A stretch of 64,000 nucleotides of DNA from positions 266,352,001 to 266,416,000 of the forward strand of contig OZ024740.1 in assembly GCA_964016885.1 (NCBI GenBank). The letters are read 5' to 3'. How positions within the stretch are numbered: the first letter of the stretch is position 1; each line of letters begins with the position of its first letter. Made by a program: the position numbers and the translations under genes. Shown here piece by piece: positions 49,618 through 64,000 of the stretch. The notes beneath the pieces are model-generated. The model ran no database searches, was not told where the DNA came from, and was given only the letters and a program-made list of their open reading frames with translations. Source of the stretch: Eledone cirrhosa (Eukaryota).

Positions 49618-52318
49618 GTCATGAGGGTAAATTTGAGGATAGCCTAAGTAGGATAGAAGAGGTCCTTGACAAACTGGACCAGGGTCTCAACATCCTACTG
49701 CTGGGAGACTTCAACCTTCCAAAGGTCAAATGGCCTGAGGGCCACCTCCTCCCTGGAATGACGTCAACAGAACAGAGACAGATGGAATCCCTGCTGGCCC
49801 TCACACACAAGCTGTTCATGGAGCAAGCAATACTCCTCCCAACAAGAGGCGAAAATGTCCTGGACCTCTGTTTTACAAACAACGAAGTGCTCATCCACAA
49901 TGTAAAGGTGACACCAACAATTCTCTCGGATCATAACTTAGTAGAGCTAATGATATGTGGTCCAAGAGAACCAACAGAGACAAAACCACCAAGAAGCTCC
50001 GGGACGCTATCCAACCTTAACTTCTACAAGGCTAACTGGAAAAAGATTAAGAGTGAAATCCGGAAGCAAACATGGAGTGAAAACACCGCCACACAAGACA
50101 CTAACACACAATTTCAACACTTCATGACAACGATACACACCATATGCAAAAAGTGTGTCCCGGAGAAAGAGGCAAACAGACAGAAAAATCATATTCCCAG
50201 AGATAGGAAAATCCTTATAAGACGTAGAACTAAACTCTCAAACCAGTTGAATAGTCAACAAAACAAAAACAAGAAGGAATCCTATTTGAAACGTGCACTA
50301 CTTGACACCGAGATTTCACTCAAACTTTCACATGAGAATGAGAGGGCAAAGAAAGAGAACAGGGCCATAGAAAACATTAAAACAAACCCTAAGGCCTTCA
50401 TTAAATTTGCAAAAGAAACTGCCTCAGTACACTGCAAGATTGGGACACTCTTCCACACGGACGGTTCATTAACCGAAAATCCCCAAGAGATAACTGAAAT
50501 ACTGAACGAACAGTACAAAAGTGTCTTCACGTGTCCACTGAGGCACATGCAAATAACAAAGCCAGAGGAGTTCTTTGATGCCACAACACTACATCAAGAA
50601 ATGGCAACCATCAACCACATAGACATAACGGAGGAGGATGTGGTGTACGCCATTGATGAAATTAGAACAGACTCGGCTGCTGGACCTGATGGATTCCCAG
50701 CAGTTCACCTAAAAATATGTAAGCCGGCCTTAGCAACTCCACTGAAGATGCTCTTCAGAAGCTCCTTGGCTAGCGGTGTACTACCCAGGGAGCTGAAAGA
50801 AGGCACAATATGCCCTATCCATAAAGGAGGTAGTAGAGCGGAGGCCAAGAACTATAGGCCAGTCTCCCTGACGTCGCATATCAGTAAGGTCATGGAGCGA
50901 GTCGTCAGAAAGAAACTAATCACTTTCCTCGAAGAAAATGACCGCCTGACTAGCACGCAACATGGCTTCCGCCCAGGAAGAAGCTGCCTTACACAGCTGC
51001 TACATCACTACGACTGGGTACTGAGACAACTACTAGACAGCTCACATGTGAACGTGATATATCTTGACTTTGCGAAGGCCTTTGACAAGGTCGACCACGG
51101 AATGATATGTCACAAACTACACGGACTCGGCATAACTGGAAAAGTAGGTGAGTGGCTGCATGGCTTCCTAAGGGACAGAAGCCAGGCAGTCGCAGCAAAT
51201 GGGGCCCTCTCAAAGGAAACACCAATAACAAGTGGGGTGCCGCAGAGGACAGTCCTGGGACCACTACTGTTTTTGGTGTCTCTCTCGAACATGCCCTCTG
51301 TGGTGCATGCAACAACATCCCTCACTAGCTATGCTGATGACACTAAGGTAGCACAGGCAATCAAAAACCCGGCTGACGCTGCCCTTTTACAGCAGGATCT
51401 GGATGCCATATACAGATGGGCGGAAGAAAACAACATGCAGTTTAATGCTGGCAAATTCCAAGCCCTACAATACAAACCTGCAAACACAAATATAGTGGAA
51501 CACAGCTACAAAAGACCAGGAGGTAACCGATATCCCCGTGTCAAAATCGATACGAGACCTGGGCATAGACATGAGCGATGATGCATCTTTTTCTTCACAC
51601 ATCATGAAGGTGGCGACAACATGTAGACGATTCGCTGGCTGGATCTTGAGGACTTTCCTTACAAGAGATCGAGACACCATGTTGACACTGTTGAGGACTT
51701 TTGTCCTAAGCCGCCTGGACTACTGCTCCCAGCTGTGGTCACCCCATAGTGTCAAACTAACCACGGAGCTTGAGGCAATCCAGCGAAGCTACACCAAGAG
51801 GATTGCCAAGATGAGGGAGACAAGCTACTGGGAGAGGCTGAAGGAACTGAACCTCTACTCCTTGGAGCGAAGACGGGAGAGATACGCAGTGATCTACATG
51901 TGGAAAATCCTGGAGGGACTAGCACCAAACTTTGGCATTGGGAGCTGGACCAACCGTCGAACAGGACGTCACTGTGTGGTGCCAAAGGTCCCATCTTCCA
52001 CATCTAGAATAAGGAGCAGGTATTGCAATAGCCTGGGATTCAAGGGCCCTCAACTCTTCAACAGGCTGCCGAGGCATCTGAGAGACTTGCATGACGTGGA
52101 GGTGGATGTCTTTAAGAAACATCTCGACACCTTGTTATCCAGGATCCCGGATGAGCCCACAGCAAGACACGAGGGAAACCTAAGGGCAGCAGCAACAAAC
52201 TCCCTCCTACACCAGTGGCCAACCTATACAGGCTGGAGATAAAGTGTGTAGCAGCAAGGGCGGTGCCCCAGCATGGCCTCAGCCGGATGGCTGAAACAGG
52301 TAAAAGAGTAAAAGAGTA
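49618..52318 (+). mobile_element. CR1/L2-group LINE, partial APE + RT, frameshift near 51510-51540
   Basis: LLGDFNLP, LDL, LSDHN, NYRPVSLTSH, YLDFAKAFDKVDH, SYADD, SLERRRERY. 3' hairpin tcagcc/ggctga and a (gtaaaaga) tail before (TA)n. Confidence 0.93.
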
Positions 52319-52338
52319 TATATATATATATATGTATG

Positions 52339-52475
<137 letters not shown>

Positions 52476-52527
52476 ATATATGTATATATATATATATGTA
52501 TATATATATATAAAAATACGTATTTAC

Positions 52528-55500
52528 GTTAAGTCGGTAACGAGGTGTGAAGCATCGTTGGTAGGTAGATCGATGTTGGGGGGTGTAGCGGTGGGTGTTG
52601 TACAGCTGTTGCCCCTGGTGTGGTTGTAGTCGGTCCGTCTGTGGGAGCGGATGTTGTCAATGTAGTATTTGTTTACAGTCCATTCGTATTTCCGTACAAG
52701 GCGCTGTTTATCAAATCTGACTCTGGTGTGGTAACACTGATCTATACACCAGGGGCAACAGCTGTACAACACCCACCGCTACACCCCCCAACATCGATCT
52801 ACCTACCAACGATGCTTCACACCTCGTTACCGACTTAACCGGTACCCTCACCAACGACGAACTCGAACTTCTGCGCCTCGGACCCAAGTTCATCATTACA
52901 CAGCGTCTCGATGATAGACTGAAACTCGACATCGAAACCAACTTCTGTCGGACAGCTTATCAACTGAAATGGCTAACCGCCATCCAAAACAACACCGAGA
53001 TCGATTACAACCCCACAACCCACCCCACACTCCCCACGTATCACCTCGACAACCCACTCCACCCCCCACCCACCAACCACGAACTTGACACTAAACTACT
53101 CAGGTTGAAACATTCTATCTCTAACATCCTTTCCCAACACACACACACACACAATAAACGCAACCTCACCAATGCACAATTTAATACTCTCACCAACCTA
53201 AGATCCAGGAACCTTGTGTACCTTCCCTCTGACAAGGGGAAAGAATTCTGTGTCATCTCGAGAGAGACCTACAACAACTTAGCTCTCCAACATCTTAATG
53301 ACCACAGCCTCTACTCGAAAGTCACAGGGACCTCCTCGACTCTAATCGAGGAAGGCATTAACACCATATGGACTAACATCTGTGTCCAACGAAAACTGCC
53401 AAAGAAGGTAAAAAACAACATAATGACTCGAAACAGCAAATTACCCACCTTCTACCACCTGGTCAAAACACATAAACAAGGACCCGATTTGAAAATCAGG
53501 CCCATTGTCTCTAGCGTGGAGGGCCCACTCTATAAAATATCGTGGCTGCTCTCCACACTACTGAAACCTATTCCACACACACTACCAGCCCACGTCTGCA
53601 GCTCAATGGAAGTCTTGGAGCGACTACACCATCTGGCGCCCAACACCAGAAAGGACAACGGTTATGCCTTCAGTCTTGATGTGGTCTCCCTTTATACCTC
53701 CGTACCAGCATCCCCAGCTGTCGACCTGTTGACCGAACGAGTCCGAGCATCTAACCTACACTGCTTCGGACTCACACACACGGACATCCACCAACTCCTC
53801 TCCTTCGTTGTGGATAATGCACTCTTCAATTTCCTCGGCCACACGTACAAACAAATCTCTGGGCTACCTATGGGCTCTAGTCTGTCCGGCATACTTGCGA
53901 TCTCGTACATGGACCACCTGGAACGCAAGGCACTCAATACCTGCCAACCCAACGCCGTCGCCTTCTACTCCAGATACGTTGATGATATCCTGATACTTAC
54001 TTCTTCCCGGGAGATGGCGAATGAAATTCACCAAATCTTCAACGATACTGACCAACACATCGATTTCACCATCGAACACCCGGGAGAAGACGGGTCACTC
54101 GCCCTCCTCGACTTCCGTATCAACATCTCGGAACAAGGAGACATAAACACCACTTTCTACCGCAAAGCAGCGTGCAAGGACCTATTTGTGCATTATAACT
54201 CAGCCCTCCCCAACAACGCTAAGAGAGGCTATGTCCTAAATGAACTGACACGGATCACTAACAGATGCAGCGACCCGATGGGTGGTCTCACCCATACCAC
54301 GCAATTCCGTAATCTACTCAGATCTAATGGTTATCCCAAGCGACTGATTAACGGAATTAGAGACCCCAGACCCAGTAGACCTACACCCACTAGAAAACTT
54401 AATATTAGCAGGTGCTTCTTTAAAATCCCCCACCTGAGTGAATATACCACGAACGCCATCCGCAGGGCCATACGTACGGAGGGACTTGACATACATTTGG
54501 CCCACACAGGACCTTCGCTGCGAAGATGCCTCTCCAACAAACCCTACGAGGCAGATAGGACTTGTTCCCTCAGCAACTGCCCGATACGGGGGGCAGATTG
54601 CCTACGCACCTATGTCGTATATAAGATTCAATGCGATAAATGTAACAAGTTTTACATAGGTAGCACCATCCGACCCCTACATGTTCGTATCAAGGAACAT
54701 ATCAACACCAACGCATCTTCCTTCCGTAAACATATCCTCAAATGCGGAAACCCACAGGGTAGACCCTTGGTCACAGTCCTAGCGACTGAACGCAGCATCG
54801 GATCCTTAAGGATAAAGGAAGCACTTGTTATTAGGAACCTCAGACCCCCACTTAACAACCGGGCTGAGAGAAATGAGCTGACATGGCTAATTTAACCATA
54901 ATGACCATTCACAGCCTACGGCCTGCTATATTCACACACACGCACGTATATGCATACCCATACGCATGCACACACACTTCTATATTTTACACGCACACAT
55001 GTTTTTACAACCTACCACCTTTCACACCCTTTGATTTCCAGCTTCTACAGCCCACTATCTTTCACACACAAACGCACTCACACATATACATACACAGTTA
55101 CACACACACATGTATACCCATACGCTTACACACACACACTTCTATATTTATACACGCACACATATTTTACAACCTACCACCTTTCACACCCTTTGATTTC
55201 CAACTTCTACAGCCCACTATCTTTCACACACACACACACTCACACATATACACACTTACACTTATACACACACAGTCACACACACATATATATTTACATA
55301 CACATATCTTAAGGCTTTCACACGCTAACGCACCCTCTTGATTTAACCCATTTGGTCAGTAGCTTTTGCCACAGCTTATCACGCGCACGCGCATTCTCTC
55401 CCTCGTTTAAATTTTAAATATTTTTCTCCCCATAACGCATTCCTGTCTTAACGACATCACCACTTTCTCCGCTTGGCCTGTTTTCCCCCTTTTGGAACTT

Positions 55501-55727
55501 TTCCCCGTTGATGGGCGTGAGTCCGAATATTGGGATTAAATCTCTACTATGGTAACCCTTCTACCTTGTTTTGTTTTCATCTTTGTCTCTCTCAACTTTC
55601 ACTTTCACCTGTTTTTCCTATCTATATTTCACTTCCTACCTCGAGATTTCCCTTTGCATTGTTGTGGCTTTCTTAAATACGTATTTTTACACATTTCACA
55701 ATGCTTCAAGCAACTTTAACACCCTCT

Positions 55728-55728
<1 letters not shown>
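52528..55728 (+). mobile_element. Penelope-like element with a 5' inversion, inserted in (TA)n
   Basis: 52528-52622 is the reverse complement of 52746-52839. Long RT-GIY-YIG ORF. The 3' UTR has an internal ~150-bp duplication. Confidence 0.92.
52748..54895 (+). CDS. PLE RT + GIY-YIG, uninterrupted frame of ~715 codons, N-terminus displaced by the inversion
   Basis: VTDLTGTLTNDELELLRLGPKF is in frame with LPSDKG, IRPIVS, SLDVVSLYTSVP, GLPMGS, RYVDD, VVYKIQCDKCNKFYIGST..RIKEH. Confidence 0.9.
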   Translation, partial: TRGNSCTTPTATPPNIDLPTNDASHLVTDLTGTLTNDELELLRLGPKFIITQRLDDRLKLDIETNFCRTAYQLKWLTAIQNNTEIDYNPTTHPTLPTYHLDNPLHPPPTNHELDTKLLRLKHSISNILSQHTHTHNKRNLTNAQFNTLTNLRSRNLVYLPSDKGKEFCVISRETYNNLALQHLNDHSLYSKVTGTSSTLIEEGINTIWTNICVQRKLPKKVKNNIMTRNSKLPTFYHLVKTHKQGPDLKIRPIVSSVEGPLYKISWLLSTLLKPIPHTLPAHVCSSMEVLERLHHLAPNTRKDNGYAFSLDVVSLYTSVPASPAVDLLTERVRASNLHCFGLTHTDIHQLLSFVVDNALFNFLGHTYKQISGLPMGSSLSGILAISYMDHLERKALNTCQPNAVAFYSRYVDDILILTSSREMANEIHQIFNDTDQHIDFTIEHPGEDGSLALLDFRINISEQGDINTTFYRKAACKDLFVHYNSALPNNAKRGYVLNELTRITNRCSDPMGGLTHTTQFRNLLRSNGYPKRLINGIRDPRPSRPTPTRKLNISRCFFKIPHLSEYTTNAIRRAIRTEGLDIHLAHTGPSLRRCLSNKPYEADRTCSLSNCPIRGADCLRTYVVYKIQCDKCNKFYIGSTIRPLHVRIKEHINTNASSFRKHILKCGNPQGRPLVTVLATERSIGSLRIKEALVIRNLRPPLNNRAERNELTWLI

Positions 55729-55760
<32 letters not shown>

Positions 55761-55783
55761 ATATATATATATATGTATGTATG

Positions 55784-55852
<69 letters not shown>

Positions 55853-55921
55853 ATATATATATATATGTATGTATATATATATATATATATATGTATGTAT
55901 ATATATATATATATATGTATG

Positions 55922-55961
<40 letters not shown>

Positions 55962-55976
55962 ATATATATATATATA

Positions 55977-56046
<70 letters not shown>

Positions 56047-56074
56047 ATGTATGTATATATATATATATATGTAT

Positions 56075-56274
56075 NNNNNNNNNNNNNNNNNNNNNNNNNN
56101 NNNNNNNNNNNNNNNNNNNNNNNNNNNNNNNNNNNNNNNNNNNNNNNNNNNNNNNNNNNNNNNNNNNNNNNNNNNNNNNNNNNNNNNNNNNNNNNNNNNN
56201 NNNNNNNNNNNNNNNNNNNNNNNNNNNNNNNNNNNNNNNNNNNNNNNNNNNNNNNNNNNNNNNNNNNNNNNNNN
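56075..56274. other. Assembly gap (200 N)
   Basis: Direct reading. Confidence 1.
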
Positions 56275-57637
56275 CACCAACGTAACTTTACATTGAAAGG
56301 GGCGGTGTGGATGAGGTGGGGGTGGTGTGACGGGGGCGTATTTTGTTAGAGATGCCTACTGACAGTAGTAGGTTTACTTTGTATTTAGGCAAGGCGGGTC
56401 TTCTCTATTACTGAGTACCGCCGAAGATCTCGGTCCAGTGACATTGTCTTGGAGAGGTGTAAGTGTGTGAGGTCGGAGTTTATCAGGTCGTCCCAGGTTT
56501 TCCTGGGTCTGCCTACTCTGTGGCTACCATCTATCTTTATTGCCCTGCACTTTGTTATACAGCTGTCGTCTTTCATGCGCATCACGTGACCATACCAACG
56601 TAGCCTTCTCTCGAGTAAACAACATCTGATCCCTCTTATTTCTAATTTTTTCCTTAGTTCGTTTATGCTTTGCCGTTCACGTATATTACTATTACACATC
56701 CAGCGGAGCATGCAAGCTTCGTTCCTCTCTAGTCTGCGTATATCCTCTGCACACAATGCCCAGGTCTCACTGCCATGCAACATTGCTGTTCGTATGCAGG
56801 CATCATACAACCTGCCTTTCTTTTTAGGGAGAACCCTTTAGCAGCTAATAGTGGTATAAGCTCTCTGAACTTTTTCCATCCAGTTCTGACTCTCGCTACT
56901 GTACTTTCTGAGCACCCCCCCCCCCCCACTGCTGATTTTGTCACCCAGGTAACGGAAGCTGTCCACTATTTCTATAGAACGCTCTGCGCAATTGTAAGAG
57001 CTAGTATTTTTGGGGCACTTGCTGCTACTTATTGCACCAGAGCAACGGCCACATGTAAAATCTGTGTTCTTAGTTAGCTTACCTGTGATCCCACTACATC
57101 TTTTATGCACCCATACTTTGCATTTGGGACATAAAATGGAGTTTCTACCTACGCCTTTCCTACACACTGAGCATGGCCATTTCCCGGAAGGGACCAGCGC
57201 CTTATTTTCTTTCCTACAAACTAGAACTTTAGTCTTAGCCAGGTTAATTTTAAGGCCTTTTGATTCTAGGCCGTGCTTCCATGTTTGGAATTTCTTCCCT
57301 AGCTCGACCATTGATTCAGCTATGAGCGTTAGATCATCTGCGTATAGGAGTTCCCATGGGCAGCCGGTCTTGAACTCCTCTGTTATAGCCTGATGGGCAA
57401 TAATAAATAGTAGGGGGCTAAGAACAGAGCCCTGTTGGACACCAACTTTTACGCTAAACTCTTCACTATATTCGTTGTTAATTCTAACCTTGCTGACTGT
57501 TTCTTTATACATGGTTTGTATAGCTCTCACAAGCCATTTGTCAACACCTAGTTTTGTAAGAGCCCACCACATAATGGAACGGGGGACTCTGTCGAAGGCT
57601 TTCTCCAAGTCGACAAAAGCTAAGTATAGGGGTTTAC
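56275..57637 (-). mobile_element. 5'-truncated RTE-clade LINE with a PHD-type finger inside the RT; frameshifts at the G-run ~56920 and at ~56820
   Basis: FVDLEKAFDRVPR, GVQQGSVLSPLLF, LLYADD, C4HC3 finger, [31 protein letters not shown]. Confidence 0.92.
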
Positions 57638-57703
57638 TATATATATATATAAATATATATATAAATATATATATATATATCTATGTATGTATATATATAT
57701 ATG

Positions 57704-57760
<57 letters not shown>

Positions 57761-58134
57761 GTATGTATGAGACATGATATGAAGGTTAAAACACACTTGT
57801 GAATAGTGCAGTTTTAAATCAACATATATGTTGATTTTATCTGTCGAAAACGCAAATGTTATTGCATGATGATATTTGTTTTTGAAATGCGCATAATAAA
57901 ATACGTGGAACTCTTTTAACCATCTTTTGATCTTATATATTATGTATATATATATGATGATGATGATGTATATGCATATGTATATATATGTATATATATA
58001 TATGTATATGTATGTATATATATGTATATGTATATATGTATATATATATATATGTATATATATCTATATATATGTATATATATATATATATGTATATATA
58101 TGTATATATATTTATGTATATATATGTATATATG

Positions 58135-58181
<47 letters not shown>

Positions 58182-58298
58182 GTATATGTATATATATATG
58201 TATATATATATATATGTATATGTATATATATGTATATATATATATATATATGTGTATATATATGTATATATATGTATATATATGTATATATATGTATA

Positions 58299-58347
<49 letters not shown>

Positions 58348-58398
58348 ATATATGTATATATATGTATATATATGTATATATATGTATATATATGTATA

Positions 58399-58491
<93 letters not shown>

Positions 58492-58524
58492 ATATGTATA
58501 TATATATATATATGTGTGTATATG

Positions 58525-58555
<31 letters not shown>

Positions 58556-58678
58556 GTATATATATGTATATATATATATGTATATATATATATATGTATA
58601 TATATATGTATATATGTATATATATATGTATATATATGTATATATATATGTATATATGTATATATATGTATATATATG

Positions 58679-58771
<93 letters not shown>

Positions 58772-58778
58772 ATATATG

Positions 58779-58835
<57 letters not shown>

Positions 58836-58875
58836 GTATATATGTATATATATATTTATATATATATATATATAT

Positions 58876-59589
58876 CATCATCATCATCATCATCAACGTT
58901 TAACGTCCCCGTGTTCCACGCTTGCATGGGTTTGGACGGGGGTAGTCCCACTTGAGGCAAGAGTGATTGTCTTGCTCGCATAGGACTGTCTGGCAGGTTT
59001 TCTACAGTTGGATGCCCTTCCTAACACCAACCACATTTACAGTGTGGGTCTGGGAGGTTTTTACCGTGTTGCCTACACGGCCACATTACAGCGTGGACTG
59101 TGTGTTTTTTTGTCGTGACACCTACACGATCTCATTTGTTTCGGCCTCGATGGCGCGGCACCAACATAACTTTACATAGAACGGGGTGGTGTGGATCGGG
59201 TGGGGGTGGGGGTGGTGGGACGGGGTGTATTTTGTTAGAGATGCCTACTGGCTGGAGTAGGTTTTACTATATATTTAGGTAAGGCGGGTCTTCTCTGTTA
59301 CTGAGTACCGCCAAAGGTCTCGGTCCAGTGACATTGTCTTGGAGAGGTGTAAGTGTGTGATGTCGGAGTTTATCAGCTCGTCCCAGGTTTTTCTAGGTCT
59401 GCCTATTCCGTGACTACCGTCTATCTTTATTGCCCTGCACTTTGTTATACAGCTATCGACTTTCATGCGCATCACGTGTCCATACCAACGTAGCCTTCTC
59501 TCGAGTAAACAACATCTGATCCCTCTTATCTCTAATTTATTCCTTAGTTCGTTTATGCTTTGCCGTTCACGTATATTACTGTTACACAT
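58876..59589 (-). mobile_element. RTE 3' fragment with a (GAT)n tail
   Basis: Same C-terminus as 56385-56700. Confidence 0.92.
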
Positions 59590-59614
59590 ATATATATGTA
59601 TATATGTATATATA

Positions 59615-59647
<33 letters not shown>

Positions 59648-59656
59648 ATATATGTA

Positions 59657-59763
<107 letters not shown>

Positions 59764-59766
59764 GTA

Positions 59767-59853
<87 letters not shown>

Positions 59854-59862
59854 GTATATATG

Positions 59863-59953
<91 letters not shown>

Positions 59954-60091
59954 GTATGTGTATATATATATGTATGTATGTGTATATATATATGTATGTA
60001 TGTGTATATATATATGTATGTGTATATATATATGTATGTATGTATATATGTATGTATGTATATATGTATGTATGTATATATATATATGTAT

Positions 60092-60259
<168 letters not shown>

Positions 60260-60640
60260 GTATATATATATGTATATATGTATATATATATGTATATATA
60301 TATGTATATATGTATATATATATACATATACATATATATACATATCAATACATATATACATATATATATATACATATACACATATATACATATACACATA
60401 TATATATATACATATATACATATATACATACATATACACATATATATATATATATATACATATATACATACATATACACATATATATATATATACATACA
60501 TATATACATACATATACACATATTATATACATATATATACACATATATATATATACATATATATACACATATATACATATACATATACATACATATACAT
60601 ACATATATATACATATACATATATATACATACATATACAT

Positions 60641-61273
60641 ATGTTGTTTACTCGAGAGAAGGCTACGTTGGTATGGACACGTGATGCGCATGAAAGTCGA
60701 TAGCTGTATAACAAAGTGCAGGGCAATAAAGATAGACGGTAGTCACGGAATAGGCAGACCTAGAAAAACCTGGGACGAGCTGATAAACTCCGACATCACA
60801 CACTTACACCTCTCCAAGACAATGTCACTGGACCGAGACCTTTGGCGGTACTCAGTAACAGAGAAGACCCGCCTTACCTAAATATATAGTAAAACCTACT
60901 CCAGCCAGTAGGCATCTCTAACAAAATACACCCCGTCCTACCACCACCACCTCCACCCCATCCACACCACCCCGTTCTATGTAAAGTTATGTTGGTGCCG
61001 CGCCATAGAGGCCGAAACAAATGAGATCGTGTAGGTGTCACGACAAAAAAACACACAGTCCACGCTGTAATGTGGCCGTGTAGGCAACACGGTAAAAACA
61101 TCCCAGACCCACACTGTAAATGTGGTTGGTGTTAGGAAGGGCATCCAACAGTAGAAAACCTGCCAGACAGTCCTATGCGAGCAAGACAATCACTCTTGCC
61201 TCAAGTGGGACTACCCCCGTCCAAACCCATGCAAGCGTGGAACACGGACGTTAAACGTTGATGATGATGATGA
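60641..61273 (+). mobile_element. RTE 3' fragment, inverted near-copy of 58876-59513
   Basis: [20 protein letters not shown]...TEKTRLT, UTR and gatgatga tail. Confidence 0.92.
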
Positions 61274-63972
<2,699 letters not shown>

Positions 63973-64000
63973 GTACGAATCTCAGAATTTGTCAACTCTT

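Overview
This is AT-rich eukaryotic repeat DNA with no recognisable host exon. The very long (TA)n/(CA)n tracts and the tRNA-SINE, RTE, CR1-group and Penelope content suggest an invertebrate, possibly a cephalopod; that is an inference. Most long ORFs in the supplied track are microsatellite translations. The real coding remnants are five Penelope-like elements (PLEs; three Naiad-type), two CR1-group LINEs, two Tx1/L1-clade LINEs, two RTE families (one with a PHD finger inside the RT) and a Helitron helicase relic. There are also MITEs, SINEs and a 48-bp minisatellite derived from a SINE head. The main hidden signal is non-coding. By eye I find about 20 complete, partial or variant type I hammerhead ribozyme (HHR) motifs from about 10 unrelated sequence families, mostly inserted in (TA)n and often arranged as fold-back palindromes. 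The best candidate for a new system is an ORF-less 466-468 bp HHR-containing tandem unit (46340-47475), a retrozyme/circRNA candidate. A diverged relative at 11294-11707 keeps a second structured RNA module through compensatory base changes. All structures were read by eye; no folding or database search was run.
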